Assembly (NCBI GenBank): GCA_014381465.1
Contig: JACNLP010000042.1
Span: 64,220-128,219 of the forward strand
Length of the DNA stretch: 64,000 bases
DNA from: Flavobacteriales bacterium
Lineage (GTDB): Bacteria; Bacteroidota; Bacteroidia; Flavobacteriales; BACL11
Direction of reading: 5' to 3'
Made by a program: the position numbers and the translations under genes
Notes under the pieces: model-generated
The model's database searches: none
What the model was told of the DNA's origin: nothing
Seen by the model: the letters and a program-made list of their open reading frames with translations, nothing else
Part shown: piece by piece, positions 1 through 11,222 of the stretch
Position numbering within the stretch: the stretch's first letter is position 1
How the letters are laid out: every line of letters starts with the position of its first letter

Positions 1-804
1 CTAAGGTTTATTAATGATATTCATTCAGATTTTTGCGATTATATCTCAATTGAAAAAATTGATTTGAATTTGATCTTTAAATATTTGCAGAATGAACTCT
101 CTTTCAATGTGATACAGCTTATAAATTTGAAAGCAAATTCTTTAATGTATTCTAATTTTGAGAAAAACCAACCGCTTATTCTTTCACAGCCATTGGAGAA
201 GTACTCAGTTGTTCATTTAAGCAAAGGAGTATTCCCTGAAAATTATCAAGAATTAAAATCTAAACAAAAAACGGGGTTTAGAAGGGTGCATAAGAAGAAC
301 AAAAATAAAACTCACCTTATTTTAAAGGTTGCTCAAGCTCCTTTTCCAAAAGAAGATATAATTCTATTAAAACAAAATATGATTTCTTTAGGATTCAGAA
401 ATAAGAATTTCCTTCCAGAAAACCAAATAAATCTTATTGAGAATTTATATAATTCAAAGAAGATAATGATTAGTGTTATAAAAAGTACTAATAAAATAAA
501 CGCTATTTCTTTAGTATTAGAAAAAGAAAATGAATATCTGTTTTGGATTGATATGTTTGATGATAGTAAAATGGTGAATATTTTTAATTATATTTCATTA
601 ATGCAAAAACTTTCGGCAATGAATCCAGTTGTAATGAATTTAGGGAGAGGCTTATATAATTACAAAACATCTAACTTCAAACCTTCTATCAAGCAGCTGT
701 TTGCTATTTACATTTTCTCTAATAAATTAGAGAAAATAAAATTTCAACTTAGAAATAGAATAATAGCTATTCTAAAACCAATTTACAAGAAAATAAAAGG
801 ATGA
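1..804 (+). CDS. GNAT/CelD-like acetyltransferase-domain protein of polysaccharide cluster (5' truncated by window)
   Basis: Frame is open from base 1 (LRFINDIHSDFCDYI...). SDxxDxI and NLGRGLYNYKTSNF resemble CelD/BcsL-type GNAT motifs. Overlaps the next gene (ATGA). Confidence 0.5.
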   Translation, partial: LRFINDIHSDFCDYISIEKIDLNLIFKYLQNELSFNVIQLINLKANSLMYSNFEKNQPLILSQPLEKYSVVHLSKGVFPENYQELKSKQKTGFRRVHKKNKNKTHLILKVAQAPFPKEDIILLKQNMISLGFRNKNFLPENQINLIENLYNSKKIMISVIKSTNKINAISLVLEKENEYLFWIDMFDDSKMVNIFNYISLMQKLSAMNPVVMNLGRGLYNYKTSNFKPSIKQLFAIYIFSNKLEKIKFQLRNRIIAILKPIYKKIKG

Positions 805-1853
805 AAGTATTTGCCTATTTTGTAGAACCAGCTTCTTATAGCATTGATCTGATTAGAAATATACACCAGGAAAAATCCATTTTGTTTTGTTTTATAAAGG
901 GTAAAACTAAAGCCAAATCATCTGAAAATATTGATGCTATATATTTATCAGAACTTTCTAATTTTGCTAAAATTCGATTTGTTTTTAACATTTGGAAATC
1001 TAATGATTTAATAATTGTGAATGGCTATAATAATTATGTTTTTATCTTCACTTTCTTATTCAATCTACTTTCTTTTAGAAAAAGGTTCTTAGCTACCGAA
1101 TCAGATACTAAATTAAGAGTTCCTAGAAATGCTTTTAGAAGATTGTTTAAAAGTATTTATCTGAGTATTATTTTTCAAAATAAAAGCGTTTTAGGCTTTG
1201 CAGGAGGAAGCAAAACTCATAAAGATTTATTTCGTCATTATGGCATGGCTGAAAAACGAATTTTCTTAATGCCAATGGTGGTTGATAATCAGAAATATTA
1301 TCACATTCACAAAAATCCTAATACTGTTACTTTTTTGTTTGTAGGAAGATTACTGAAAACTAAAAATGTAGATGTTTTATGTGAGAAATTTATAAGTAAC
1401 TTTTCTGATAAAAAGACAAAACTAATTATAGTAGGGGCAGGAGATGGCTTAAGCAAACTAGAGAAAAAGTTTCCTCAAAAAAAGATTGAATTTAAAGGTG
1501 AAGTTTTTGGTGATGATTTGATAAAAATATATCAAAACTCATCTGTTTTAGTTTTTCCTTCTACATGGGAGCAATGGGGATTGGTTGTAAATGAGGCATT
1601 GGCATCTTCATTGCCTGTAATTGCTCATAAAGAAGTTGGTTCTATACATGATTTGATAATTGGTAAAGAAACAGGATTTGTTATTGAAAATTGGGAAGAG
1701 TTAGAAGAAAAAATGTTAGAATTATTTTACAATAAAGAGTTATGTAATCAATTCTCAGAAAATGCAGTAGATTTGATGAAAAATAATTGGAATTATGATT
1801 TGTATAACAAATGCTTAAATAAAGCAATTGAAAAAGTAAAATCATGGCAGTAA
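801..1853 (+). CDS. Glycosyltransferase family 4
   Basis: FLFVGRL...K and PSTWEQWGLVVNEALASSLPVI GT-B motifs. Confidence 0.9.
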   Translation: MKVFAYFVEPASYSIDLIRNIHQEKSILFCFIKGKTKAKSSENIDAIYLSELSNFAKIRFVFNIWKSNDLIIVNGYNNYVFIFTFLFNLLSFRKRFLATESDTKLRVPRNAFRRLFKSIYLSIIFQNKSVLGFAGGSKTHKDLFRHYGMAEKRIFLMPMVVDNQKYYHIHKNPNTVTFLFVGRLLKTKNVDVLCEKFISNFSDKKTKLIIVGAGDGLSKLEKKFPQKKIEFKGEVFGDDLIKIYQNSSVLVFPSTWEQWGLVVNEALASSLPVIAHKEVGSIHDLIIGKETGFVIENWEELEEKMLELFYNKELCNQFSENAVDLMKNNWNYDLYNKCLNKAIEKVKSWQ

Positions 1854-2575
1854 GCACTCAAATTAAAATAATCCTTATCCGTTTTGCTTCTATGTTTTGT
1901 TGTAGTAAAAAAAGTAAAGCAATTTTTTATCATGATATTCATTCTGATCAAAGGTTTACTAATATGTCAACTTCTGTAGAGTTGTTTAAAAAACATATCC
2001 AAATTATAAGAGAAAGTGGGCACGAAATTGTTTCCAAAATAAGCAAAGAAACAGGGCAAATCGAGATTTCATTTGATGATGCATATTTAGGTTTGTATTG
2101 TAATTTTAATGTGATTAAAGAATTAGATATCCCAATTCAATTATTTGTTGTTTCATCCTTTTTAGAGAAAGATAATCACATTAATAAAACACAACTTTTG
2201 GAACTTAATAAATCAGACTTAATTACGATTTCTTCTCATACGAATTCGCATAAAATATTGAGTGAAATTGATGCTGAAACTTGTCGTTTTGAATTGACTG
2301 AATCAAAGAAAGGATTGGAAGAATTGCTAGATACTGAAGTAAATTCTCTTTGTTTCCCTGAAGGAAAGTTTAACAATCAAACTATTAAAATAGCTAATGA
2401 AGTGGGTTATGAAAAAAAATACTCATCATTACCTGGATTTTATTTTGATGAATTTACACAAGGCGTGAAGAAAAGAAGCTTAGTACAATTTGCTAGAGAA
2501 AAAGAGTTTAAGGCAATCTTAAAAGGTGGGGATCATATTTTATCTTTATGGTATAAATTAAAACATTTTAAATGA
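1844..2575 (+). CDS. Polysaccharide deacetylase (CE4/NodB-like)
   Basis: ISFDDAY, SSHTNSH and CFPEG motifs. Confidence 0.85.
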   Translation: MAVSTQIKIILIRFASMFCCSKKSKAIFYHDIHSDQRFTNMSTSVELFKKHIQIIRESGHEIVSKISKETGQIEISFDDAYLGLYCNFNVIKELDIPIQLFVVSSFLEKDNHINKTQLLELNKSDLITISSHTNSHKILSEIDAETCRFELTESKKGLEELLDTEVNSLCFPEGKFNNQTIKIANEVGYEKKYSSLPGFYFDEFTQGVKKRSLVQFAREKEFKAILKGGDHILSLWYKLKHFK

Positions 2576-3726
2576 TGAGAATTTGTTTAGTGTCATCTTC
2601 ATTTTATCCAGCTACCTTTTATGGTGGCCCTATTTCTGCTACTTGGGATTTATCAAAAGAAATAGCTCGTAATAATATTGAAGTTTATGTATCTACAACA
2701 AATGCAAATGGCTTTAAGCAGCTTAATGTAAATACCAATAAATTTATCAAGAAAAAAGAAAACCTCCAAGTTAAATATTACAATGAACAAATAATCAATA
2801 AATTTTCTATCGCTTTTATCTTTGGAATATGGAGCGATCTCAAAAAAGCAAATATAGTTTATATCCAGTATTTATTTCATTATACTGTTTTATTTTCTTT
2901 AGTATTTAGTGCTATTCAAAACAAGAGAATTATTATATGTCCTAGAGGAAGCTTCTCTCAATTTACTTTATCAAATAAATTAGCATTTATCAAATCAATT
3001 TGGATTACAATTTTTATTAAACCATTTATCAAGAATACAAAATGGCAAGCATCATCCTATTTAGAAAAAGCGGATATTAAAAGAGAATTTCCTAAAGCAA
3101 AAATTACTATTGTTAATGATGGTGTTGATTTTAATGCTTTTCAGGATGCAGTAATTCTACCAAAAACCGATTTAGTAAATAAATATACCAATAAATCATT
3201 TGATAAAGTTTCTACTGTTTTTTTCTCTATGGGAAGATTGCATAAAATAAAAGGATTTGATGTGATTATTGATGCCTTTGCTTTATTTCTGAAAGAGCAT
3301 CCTAATTCAAAGCTCCTTATTGCAGGTGCAGATGATGGTGTACAGTTAGAATTAGAAAACCAAATTAAAAAATTAGATTTATCAGAGTCTGTTTTTTTGA
3401 TTGGAATGGTAAATCATGAGCAAAAATGCGAATTACTAAGTAGCTGTACTGCATTTGCTTTAGCATCAGAATTTGAAAGCTTTGGAATTGTAATTGCTGA
3501 AGCATTAGCTTGTGGATGCCCTGTTATAGCATCTAACAAAACTCCTTGGAAGGAGCTTGAAATAAATAATTGTGGTATTTTAGCAGAAAACCAAAAGAGG
3601 GATTTCTATAAAGCATTTATAAGGATAATTGCTAAAAAGTATAATAAAAATCAGATAAAGGAGTATGTGAAAAGTAGATATGATTTGAAAATTATTACTA
3701 AAGGGTTTATAAATATTTTTAAATGA
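2572..3726 (+). CDS. Glycosyltransferase family 4
   Basis: YGGP N-terminus, MGRLHKIKG, SEFESFGIVIAEALACGCPVI. Confidence 0.9.
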   Translation: MMRICLVSSSFYPATFYGGPISATWDLSKEIARNNIEVYVSTTNANGFKQLNVNTNKFIKKKENLQVKYYNEQIINKFSIAFIFGIWSDLKKANIVYIQYLFHYTVLFSLVFSAIQNKRIIICPRGSFSQFTLSNKLAFIKSIWITIFIKPFIKNTKWQASSYLEKADIKREFPKAKITIVNDGVDFNAFQDAVILPKTDLVNKYTNKSFDKVSTVFFSMGRLHKIKGFDVIIDAFALFLKEHPNSKLLIAGADDGVQLELENQIKKLDLSESVFLIGMVNHEQKCELLSSCTAFALASEFESFGIVIAEALACGCPVIASNKTPWKELEINNCGILAENQKRDFYKAFIRIIAKKYNKNQIKEYVKSRYDLKIITKGFINIFK

Positions 3727-4280
3727 AAACAGATTTATCAAAATATAATAATGATTGGTATAAGGCAGGAAACAAAATAAAAAGAGTTCTTTGGTATTTT
3801 ATAAATATTGCCTTTTTCCAGTGTAAATTAAATCTTTTTAATGGTATTAAAGTTATATTGCTTAGGATGTTTGGAACAAAAATAGGGAAAGGTGTAGTGA
3901 TAAAACCAGGAGTAAATATTAAATGCCCATGGAGATTAGAAATAGGAGATAATGTGTGGATAGGAGAGGATGTTTGGATTGATAATGTAGACAAAGTAGT
4001 TATAGGTAATAATGTGTGTATTTCTCAAGGAGCTTTGTTGCTTTGTGCAAATCATAATTATAAAAAACCAAATTTTGACTTATTACTTGGGAAGATAATT
4101 TTAAAAGAGGGCGTTTGGATTGGAGCAAAAGCAATAGTAACCCAAAATGTTACTTGTTATTCGCACGCTATATTATCTGTTGGCTCAGTAGCATCTTCTA
4201 ATTTACAAGAGTATTCAATTTATAAAGGAATCCCTGCCATAAAAATTAGAGAAAGAAAAATTGATGAATTACAACCCTAA
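3723..4280 (+). CDS. wcaF: WcaF-family hexapeptide O-acetyltransferase
   Basis: DLSKYNN start, LRMFGTKIGKGVVIKPGVNIKCPWRLEIGDNVWIGE hexapeptide repeats. Confidence 0.85.
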   Translation: MKTDLSKYNNDWYKAGNKIKRVLWYFINIAFFQCKLNLFNGIKVILLRMFGTKIGKGVVIKPGVNIKCPWRLEIGDNVWIGEDVWIDNVDKVVIGNNVCISQGALLLCANHNYKKPNFDLLLGKIILKEGVWIGAKAIVTQNVTCYSHAILSVGSVASSNLQEYSIYKGIPAIKIRERKIDELQP

Positions 4281-5043
4281 AATATCAATTATTACAGTTT
4301 GTTTTAATAGCCAAAACACCTTAAGACAAACTATTGAAAGTGTTAACTCTCAGGATTATAACAATATTGAATACATTATTATTGATGGAGAATCAACCGA
4401 TAATACATTAAAAATTATTCAAGAGTGTGATGAAATGATTGATTATTTCGTTTCAGAGAAAGATAATGGAATTTATGATGCTATGAATAAAGGAATAAAA
4501 GCTGCTACAGGTAATATTATTGGAATTTTAAATTCTGATGATTTTTATAATTCAACTAAAGTAATTAGTGATGTAGTAAGTGCGTTTGTAGAACATCAGT
4601 GCGACAGTGTATATGGGGATTTAGTATATGTAAAAGAGAAGAATACTAAAAAAATTGTTCGTTATTGGCAATCAGGTGAATTTACTATCAAAAAGCTAAA
4701 ACAAGGATGGATGTTGCCTCACCCTACATTTTTTGTAAGAAAATTTATGTACGATAAATTTGGGCTTTATGATGAAAAGCTAAAAAATGCTGCTGATTAT
4801 GAAATGATACTAAGATTATTATATAAGCATAATATTTCAGTCAGTTATTTACCAAAAACACTTGTTAGAATGAGGCAAGGTGGCCAAAGTAATTTATCTA
4901 TATCCAACAGGCTAAAAGCAAATAAAGAAGATAGTACAGCTTGGACAAAAAACCAATTAAATAAGCCAATACTAATTAGATTTAAGAAACCATTATTAAA
5001 AATTAAGCAGTTTTTTAAAAGACCAACAAATGAACAAAACTGA
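4264..5043 (+). CDS. Glycosyltransferase family 2 (WcaE/WfgS-like)
   Basis: [48 protein letters not shown] at 4264 preferred over TTG at 4261. Confidence 0.9.
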   Translation: MNYNPKISIITVCFNSQNTLRQTIESVNSQDYNNIEYIIIDGESTDNTLKIIQECDEMIDYFVSEKDNGIYDAMNKGIKAATGNIIGILNSDDFYNSTKVISDVVSAFVEHQCDSVYGDLVYVKEKNTKKIVRYWQSGEFTIKKLKQGWMLPHPTFFVRKFMYDKFGLYDEKLKNAADYEMILRLLYKHNISVSYLPKTLVRMRQGGQSNLSISNRLKANKEDSTAWTKNQLNKPILIRFKKPLLKIKQFFKRPTNEQN

Positions 5044-5968
5044 TAATATATATATTGCTGGACACAATGGAATGGTTGGTTCGGCTATTGTTCGTAAGTT
5101 GAAATCAGAAGGTTTTTGTAATTTAATTACTAGAAACTCTAATGAGCTAGATTTAAGAAATCAAAATGCAGTTAATCAGTTTTTTAAAAAAGAAAAACCA
5201 GATTTTGTTTTTCTAGCGGCAGCAAAAGTAGGAGGGATTCTTGCCAATAATACTTTTAGGGCAGAGTTTTTATATGATAATTTGATGATTGAAGCAAATA
5301 TTATCAATTCTGCTTATCAAAATAAGGTAGAGAAGTTATTGTTTTTAGGAAGCTCTTGTATTTATCCGAAAATGGCAAAGCAGCCAATGAAAGAGGATGC
5401 TCTTTTATCTGGTTTTTTAGAGCAAACTAATGAGCCCTATGCCATTGCTAAAATTGCAGGAATAAAACTTTGTGAAACTTACCATGAGCAATACGGATGT
5501 AATTTTATTTCTGCTATGCCGACTAATTTGTACGGTCCAAATGATAATTACGATTTAAAAAACTCACATATTATTCCAGCACTGTTAAGGAAGTTCTTTG
5601 AGGCAAAAAAACAAAATTTACAAGAGGTAGAGGTGTGGGGAGATGGCTCTCCTGTTAGAGAGTTTTTACATGTTGATGATTGTGCAGATGCCTGTGTTTT
5701 CTTAATGAAAAATTATGATGAAAATCAATTTGTAAATGTTGGAAGTGGAGAGGAAAAAAGTATAAAAGAGGTTGCAGAAATTATCAAGCAAAAGATTGGC
5801 TTTCAAGGGGATATTAAGTACAATTCTTTATATCCAAACGGTACTCCTAGGAAATTAATGGATGTTTCGAAAATTCATAAGTTGGGCTGGAAACATCAAA
5901 TATCTTTTCAAAAGGGGATTGACAAAACAATTGCTATTCTGGAAGAAGAACTTCAAAAATTTCAATAA
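5030..5968 (+). CDS. fcl: GDP-L-fucose synthase
   Basis: [46 protein letters not shown]. Confidence 0.95.
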   Translation: MNKTDNIYIAGHNGMVGSAIVRKLKSEGFCNLITRNSNELDLRNQNAVNQFFKKEKPDFVFLAAAKVGGILANNTFRAEFLYDNLMIEANIINSAYQNKVEKLLFLGSSCIYPKMAKQPMKEDALLSGFLEQTNEPYAIAKIAGIKLCETYHEQYGCNFISAMPTNLYGPNDNYDLKNSHIIPALLRKFFEAKKQNLQEVEVWGDGSPVREFLHVDDCADACVFLMKNYDENQFVNVGSGEEKSIKEVAEIIKQKIGFQGDIKYNSLYPNGTPRKLMDVSKIHKLGWKHQISFQKGIDKTIAILEEELQKFQ

Positions 5969-5971
5969 AAT

Positions 5972-6535
5972 TTGAGAATTCTAATAGTTGATAATTACGA
6001 TTCTTTTACGCACAATCTTTTTCATTATGTAAAACAGTTTGAAGATGATGTTGATGTAATAAAGAATGATAAAATTTCACTATCAAAAGTTGATAGATAC
6101 GATAAAATAATTCTCTCTCCAGGCCCTGGGCTGCCTGATGAACATAAAAATTTAAAAGAAATTATCAAGCAATTTTCCTCTGTTAAAAGCATTTTAGGGG
6201 TTTGTTTAGGTCATCAGGCAATTGGCGAATATTTTGGAGCAAAACTTATAAATTTAAAGGAGGTAATGCATGGTGTTTCTTCCAAAATTATTTTAACAAA
6301 AGACGACTTAATTTTTAAAAATATTCCAGATAATTTTAATGTTGGACATTATCATTCTTGGGTAATTGATGAAAAAACTTTGCCTTGTTGTTTTGATGTT
6401 ACTTCCAAAAATGAAAATGGAATTATCATGTCCATTGCACATAAAGTATATGATTTGAAAGGGGTGCAATTTCATCCGGAATCTATTTTGACTCAGCATG
6501 GGCATTTGATAATAAAAAATTGGCTTAATTCCTAA
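5972..6535 (+). CDS. Anthranilate/aminodeoxychorismate synthase component II (glutamine amidotransferase, TrpG/PabA)
   Basis: DNYDSFT, SPGPG, GVCLGHQ, QFHPES; TTG start. Confidence 0.9.
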   Translation: MRILIVDNYDSFTHNLFHYVKQFEDDVDVIKNDKISLSKVDRYDKIILSPGPGLPDEHKNLKEIIKQFSSVKSILGVCLGHQAIGEYFGAKLINLKEVMHGVSSKIILTKDDLIFKNIPDNFNVGHYHSWVIDEKTLPCCFDVTSKNENGIIMSIAHKVYDLKGVQFHPESILTQHGHLIIKNWLNS

Positions 6536-9051
6536 TAATCTATATCAATCCAATCTTTCTTTTTTTCTAATTTTAGATCTTTAAGTACTGATGCTTTTAC
6601 TCTTATAGTGAGGGTGTAGCTTTTATGAAAACCTATAGGAATCCAATTAAAAAGCATTTCCCAACAATGCAAATCACGATAGACATCTACAGAGGAATAG
6701 GTAAGTTCTTTTTCCTTAAAATCATAACCAGAACGGAAACCGATTTTCCACTTTTTTGTGATTTTTATATTTCCAGAAAAATTCAATGATTGAGTAGGTT
6801 CTACTTCAGATGATGGGAGATTTCCTTTATTATAAGAGATGGTATAATTCATGTTTAGATTCCAAGGGATTTTATAAAAATCATCTTCCTTTTTTTCTGA
6901 CTTTTCTTCCTCATCTTTATTTTCCTCTTTGTTAAAGAAACTTTCAGAAACATTTAAACCTAATGAGGCATTTGAGTTTGTAAATCGGGCTAATCTACCA
7001 TTATTAATCTCAAATTGATTAATTCTTTTACCATTGCTATTTATGATGTAAGGGTCGTAACTGCTTGAAAATGTTACATCTAAAAGTCCTAAAAGTTTTG
7101 TTCTTGCATTTAAACCTATAGTAGAAAAGTTGAGCGAATCGGCAAAAATATTATAGCCAGAAGAAATTCCCATACTTTGTAAAATTGTAACTTTTTTTAA
7201 AGTTTCAGTAGTATCTTTTTTACTTCTTATTTTCATATCAAAAAGGTTACCTAAACTAAAATTGATATTACCCTGCCTGTTTTGTCCAGGGCTTCCATAT
7301 ATTCCGTTTTGCATTATTGAATAAGTTTGCAAATTGCCCAAAGTATCAGATTGTACACTTTTGTAGTACCCAAACTTCTCTTTGCTAAAATCAGGACGAA
7401 ATGTTAGGCTTACATTTGGCGTAAGTACATGTCTAAATGCTGCAATTTTTCCTTTTTTGAATTGGGCAATTCCATACAATTTTGTGTTTAATGATGTTGA
7501 AATACTGTAATCATGTGCTCTTGTGAATTTATGTAGAGTATCTGTTATAATAGTATTTCCATCCCATCTTTTTTCAATTTGAGATAAATACCATCTTTCT
7601 GACAAACTAAATTTTGGAGAGAGAGTAAAATGTTTTAAAACTTTTATAGATGTAGAAATTGGAATAGAATGTTTCATTCCGTTTCTAAATTTTGAAAATG
7701 AGTCTTTTGTAAATAACAAGGAATCAGTAGTAGAAATCGTATTTTTAGTATTCAAATTATAACTTATACCAATTTTATCATACCAGTGTTTTTTAGCAGA
7801 TTTTCCCATGTTTTTAAATGGGAAAATTCTATTCATACTAAAGGTGATTTCAGGTAGCGTAAGATTTACTTTTTTAGTTGTAGTGTTTTGGTTGTGCCGT
7901 AAGTTTGTAGATAGATTAAAAGGAGTCCCTTCCCATTTTTTATTTAAACTAACACTTGATTGAAATGTGTTACTTAAATAATCATTTGCATTATAGGAGT
8001 TATTTCTATGATAAGTACTGCTTCCTGCATTTACATTTGCCGAGAATAACAAAGAAGGGTTTGCTTTTGGGTCTTGCTTATGACTCCATCTGATAAAAAA
8101 ATCTTTTTTTATGCTATAATCAGGTAATTCTATTTCACTATTTATTATCCTCCCATAGCTTAAATTAAAATTCCCATTATATTTATATCGTTTTTTGTAT
8201 CTGAAAAATGATCGAGTTGCCCAACTTCCTTTTGTGTAAATATCCCCTTTTACTGATAAATCCATTTTATTATTTAATACAAAATAATAACCACCATCTT
8301 TTAAGAAAAATCCTAGGTTAGCGGATTCTCCATAAGAAGGAATAAGTACACCTGAACTTTGTTTTGTAGTATTTGGAAAAAAGCCGAAAGGCAAAAAAAG
8401 TGGAGTAGGAATGTTAAAAAAAGTAAGGTAAGCAGGCCCTGTAATTATTTTTTTTCCAGGAATAACTTTTATTCTATTTGCTCTTATTGCATAATGTGGC
8501 TTTTGGGCATTACAAGTTGTATAATCTCCTTTATGAAGATAAAATACATCATCTTCCATCTTTTTAACGATCTTTCCAAGAATATATCCTTCCCCTTCTT
8601 TTGTAGAGATTTTCTTTATTCTACACTTTTTACTTTTATAATTATAAGTCATTTCCTCTGCTTTAAAACTTTCATTCCCTTCCTTAAATTCAGGATTGCC
8701 AATCATTTTTCCAGAAGTATCTATTCTTCCTCTAGCATAAATTTGATTTAAAGCCCAATCAATTTCTATAAAATCTGCTATTATTTCTGTATTTTCATAT
8801 TTGATAAAAGCATCTCCATAAAGTAAAACTTTTTGATTTTTAATGTCAAAACGCATAGAGTCAGAAGCGTCATATAAGATGTTATCATTAATGAATGTAC
8901 TTTTTGTTGTGTCATTTATTTCAAGAGTATCTGAAATAATAATTGAAGAACTTCCCCAAGAGTTATTAGAAAAACATGTTAAAAAGATAAGAGAGAGAAG
9001 GAAGTTTCTTCTTTTTAAATACAAATGAATAATGTTATTTTTGTGTGTCAA
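6532..9051 (-). CDS. lptD: Putative LPS assembly outer-membrane protein LptD (Bacteroidota type)
   Basis: OstA-like N-terminus, YTTC, PLFLPFGFFP, RDLHCWEM C-terminal barrel. Start codon uncertain. Confidence 0.8.
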   Translation of the reverse strand: MTHKNNIIHLYLKRRNFLLSLIFLTCFSNNSWGSSSIIISDTLEINDTTKSTFINDNILYDASDSMRFDIKNQKVLLYGDAFIKYENTEIIADFIEIDWALNQIYARGRIDTSGKMIGNPEFKEGNESFKAEEMTYNYKSKKCRIKKISTKEGEGYILGKIVKKMEDDVFYLHKGDYTTCNAQKPHYAIRANRIKVIPGKKIITGPAYLTFFNIPTPLFLPFGFFPNTTKQSSGVLIPSYGESANLGFFLKDGGYYFVLNNKMDLSVKGDIYTKGSWATRSFFRYKKRYKYNGNFNLSYGRIINSEIELPDYSIKKDFFIRWSHKQDPKANPSLLFSANVNAGSSTYHRNNSYNANDYLSNTFQSSVSLNKKWEGTPFNLSTNLRHNQNTTTKKVNLTLPEITFSMNRIFPFKNMGKSAKKHWYDKIGISYNLNTKNTISTTDSLLFTKDSFSKFRNGMKHSIPISTSIKVLKHFTLSPKFSLSERWYLSQIEKRWDGNTIITDTLHKFTRAHDYSISTSLNTKLYGIAQFKKGKIAAFRHVLTPNVSLTFRPDFSKEKFGYYKSVQSDTLGNLQTYSIMQNGIYGSPGQNRQGNINFSLGNLFDMKIRSKKDTTETLKKVTILQSMGISSGYNIFADSLNFSTIGLNARTKLLGLLDVTFSSSYDPYIINSNGKRINQFEINNGRLARFTNSNASLGLNVSESFFNKEENKDEEEKSEKKEDDFYKIPWNLNMNYTISYNKGNLPSSEVEPTQSLNFSGNIKITKKWKIGFRSGYDFKEKELTYSSVDVYRDLHCWEMLFNWIPIGFHKSYTLTIRVKASVLKDLKLEKKKDWIDIDY

Positions 9052-9060
9052 ATACTTTGA

Positions 9061-10245
9061 ATGTTTATTCTGCCAAAACTAAATAAAAAATACAATTATA
9101 CTTTGCTAAACCTTAAACGCATAATAGGTGTTTTTCTTTTAATTATAACTATAGTTTTTACTGCCAAATCTCAAAATGCAAATAACGGAATAAAAAAGAT
9201 AGTAATTGACCCAGGACATGGTGGAAAAGACCCTGGTAATTTAGGTACTGGGAGATATAAAATAACCGAGAAACATATTGCATTAGATATTTCTTTACTT
9301 TTTGGTAAATATGTAAACGAATCTTTCCCAGAAATTGAAGTGATTTATACTAGAACTACAAATGAGGAATATCCTACCTTAAAAGAGAGAACTGAACTTG
9401 CTAATAAAGTGAAAGCAGATTTATTTATCTCTATTCATTGTGATGCTTTTACTAATCCAAATGCTTATGGGGCTGGGGTTTTTGTAATGGGAATGAGTAA
9501 ATTAAAAGCCAATATGGATATTGCAATGAAAGAAAATGCTGTGATTTATCTGGAGGACGATTACAAACAAAACTATGATGGTTTTGATCCGAATACCCCA
9601 GAAAGTTATATCGTTTTTAGCTTAACTCAAAATACTCATTTAGGACAAAGTTTGCAAATAGCAGAAGAGGTGGAAGAACAGTTTTCTAGTAGAGCAAATC
9701 GAAAAAGTAGAGGAGTAAAACAAGCTCCTTTTTATGTGATAAGTAGAGCAAATATGCCATCAATTTTAATTGAATGTGGTTTTCTTACCAATCCAAAGGA
9801 AGAAGATTATTTAAATTCTAAAGAGGGGAAAGTGTATTTAGCATCTGCTATTTTTAGAGCTTTCAGAAGTTATAAAATGAGTATTGACCAAGCATCCGTG
9901 CAAATAGAAAATAAAGAAGCGCCAAAAAACAAAAAAGAAAATAAAAAGGTAGTTGAAAAAAGAGAAGTAAATACAAAACCAAGTCCAAAGATTATTTTTA
10001 AAGTGCAAATAGGTACTTATCTTAAAAACATGACAAATACCAAAAAGTTTCTAGAAATAAATACTGAAGAAATAATTATACATGGAACTTATAAATATTT
10101 TGTAGGGAACACATCTAGTAAAGTAGAAGCAGATAAGCTAAGAAAAAGTATGGTAGAAAAAGGATTTAAAGGTGCTTTTGTAATAGCTTTTAATGATGGA
10201 ATTCAAATAAATGTTAAAGAAGCATTAAGTTTGCAGAAACAATAA
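9061..10245 (+). CDS. N-acetylmuramoyl-L-alanine amidase (Amidase_3) with C-terminal SPOR-like domain
   Basis: IDPGHGGKDPG, SIHCD, ILIECGFLTN; C-terminal FKVQIG...GFKGAFVIAF. Start may be slightly downstream. Confidence 0.9.
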   Translation: MFILPKLNKKYNYTLLNLKRIIGVFLLIITIVFTAKSQNANNGIKKIVIDPGHGGKDPGNLGTGRYKITEKHIALDISLLFGKYVNESFPEIEVIYTRTTNEEYPTLKERTELANKVKADLFISIHCDAFTNPNAYGAGVFVMGMSKLKANMDIAMKENAVIYLEDDYKQNYDGFDPNTPESYIVFSLTQNTHLGQSLQIAEEVEEQFSSRANRKSRGVKQAPFYVISRANMPSILIECGFLTNPKEEDYLNSKEGKVYLASAIFRAFRSYKMSIDQASVQIENKEAPKNKKENKKVVEKREVNTKPSPKIIFKVQIGTYLKNMTNTKKFLEINTEEIIIHGTYKYFVGNTSSKVEADKLRKSMVEKGFKGAFVIAFNDGIQINVKEALSLQKQ

Positions 10246-10253
10246 ATAAAATT

Positions 10254-11222
10254 ATGAAAAATTTATCAAAAGAAATTAAGGTTGGGATATTAGCCTTTAT
10301 CTCGGTAGTAATCCTTGTGTGGGGTATGAATTATTTGAAAGGAAGTAACCTTTTTGAAAATAATCGAACTTTTTATGCTGTTTATAAGGATATTGGAGGA
10401 TTGCAAGAAGGAAGTAGTGTAATGGTAAATGGTTATCAAGTTGGGATTGTAAAGGAAATAAAACTTTTAACAAAGCAAAATTTCTCTTTGCTTGTTTTAT
10501 TAAGTATTGAAAAAAATATTGACATTCCTAAAAACAGTGTTTCAAAGATTGTAAATGAGGATATTATGGGCTCTAAAGGTATTGCTCTACTTTTGGGTGA
10601 TTCTGATATAAATATTGAAGTTGGTGATACGCTAGTATCTGATATAGAAACTAGTTTGAAAGAGGAAGTAAATAAGCAGGTATTACCTTTAAAAAACAAA
10701 GCGGAAGAGTTGATTGGTTCTGTAGATTCTGTAATGATGATAGTTACTGCAGTTTTAAATAAAGATACAAGAGAGAATTTGAGAAATAGCCTTAAAAGTT
10801 TAGATGAGACATTTCTTCTTATGTCAAAATCCATGATTATGGTTGATAGTATGATTAATCAAAATGATGAAAGAATAGGCAATGTAATTGCTAATTTAGA
10901 ATCTATTACTACTAACCTAAATGGTAGTAATAATGAGATTAAAACAATACTTACAAATTTTGCTTCAATTTCTGATTCTCTTGCAAAAGCTGATATTGCT
11001 ACAGCATTAAAGAATGTAAGTGATATTACTGCTAAAATAAATAATGGGGAAGGAAGTATAGGGTTATTAATGAAGGACGATAAACTATATCAGAATTTTG
11101 AGAAATCAACTCGTGAGCTGGCTGAGTTATTGGAAGATATTAAGAAAAACCCAAGTAGATATGTTAATTTCTCAATTATAGGGGGAAGCAAAGGGTATCA
11201 AGCTCCAAAAATAAAAGAGTAA
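10254..11222 (+). CDS. mlaD: MlaD/MCE family protein
   Basis: KEIKVG + TM, GLQEGSSVMVNGYQVGIV, DIKKNPSRYV. Confidence 0.85.
   Translation: MKNLSKEIKVGILAFISVVILVWGMNYLKGSNLFENNRTFYAVYKDIGGLQEGSSVMVNGYQVGIVKEIKLLTKQNFSLLVLLSIEKNIDIPKNSVSKIVNEDIMGSKGIALLLGDSDINIEVGDTLVSDIETSLKEEVNKQVLPLKNKAEELIGSVDSVMMIVTAVLNKDTRENLRNSLKSLDETFLLMSKSMIMVDSMINQNDERIGNVIANLESITTNLNGSNNEIKTILTNFASISDSLAKADIATALKNVSDITAKINNGEGSIGLLMKDDKLYQNFEKSTRELAELLEDIKKNPSRYVNFSIIGGSKGYQAPKIKE

Noticed and set aside
1..5968. Polysaccharide cluster as a novel system
   Set aside because: It is an ordinary GT4/GT2/wcaF/fcl cluster tail; the missing gmd may lie outside the window.
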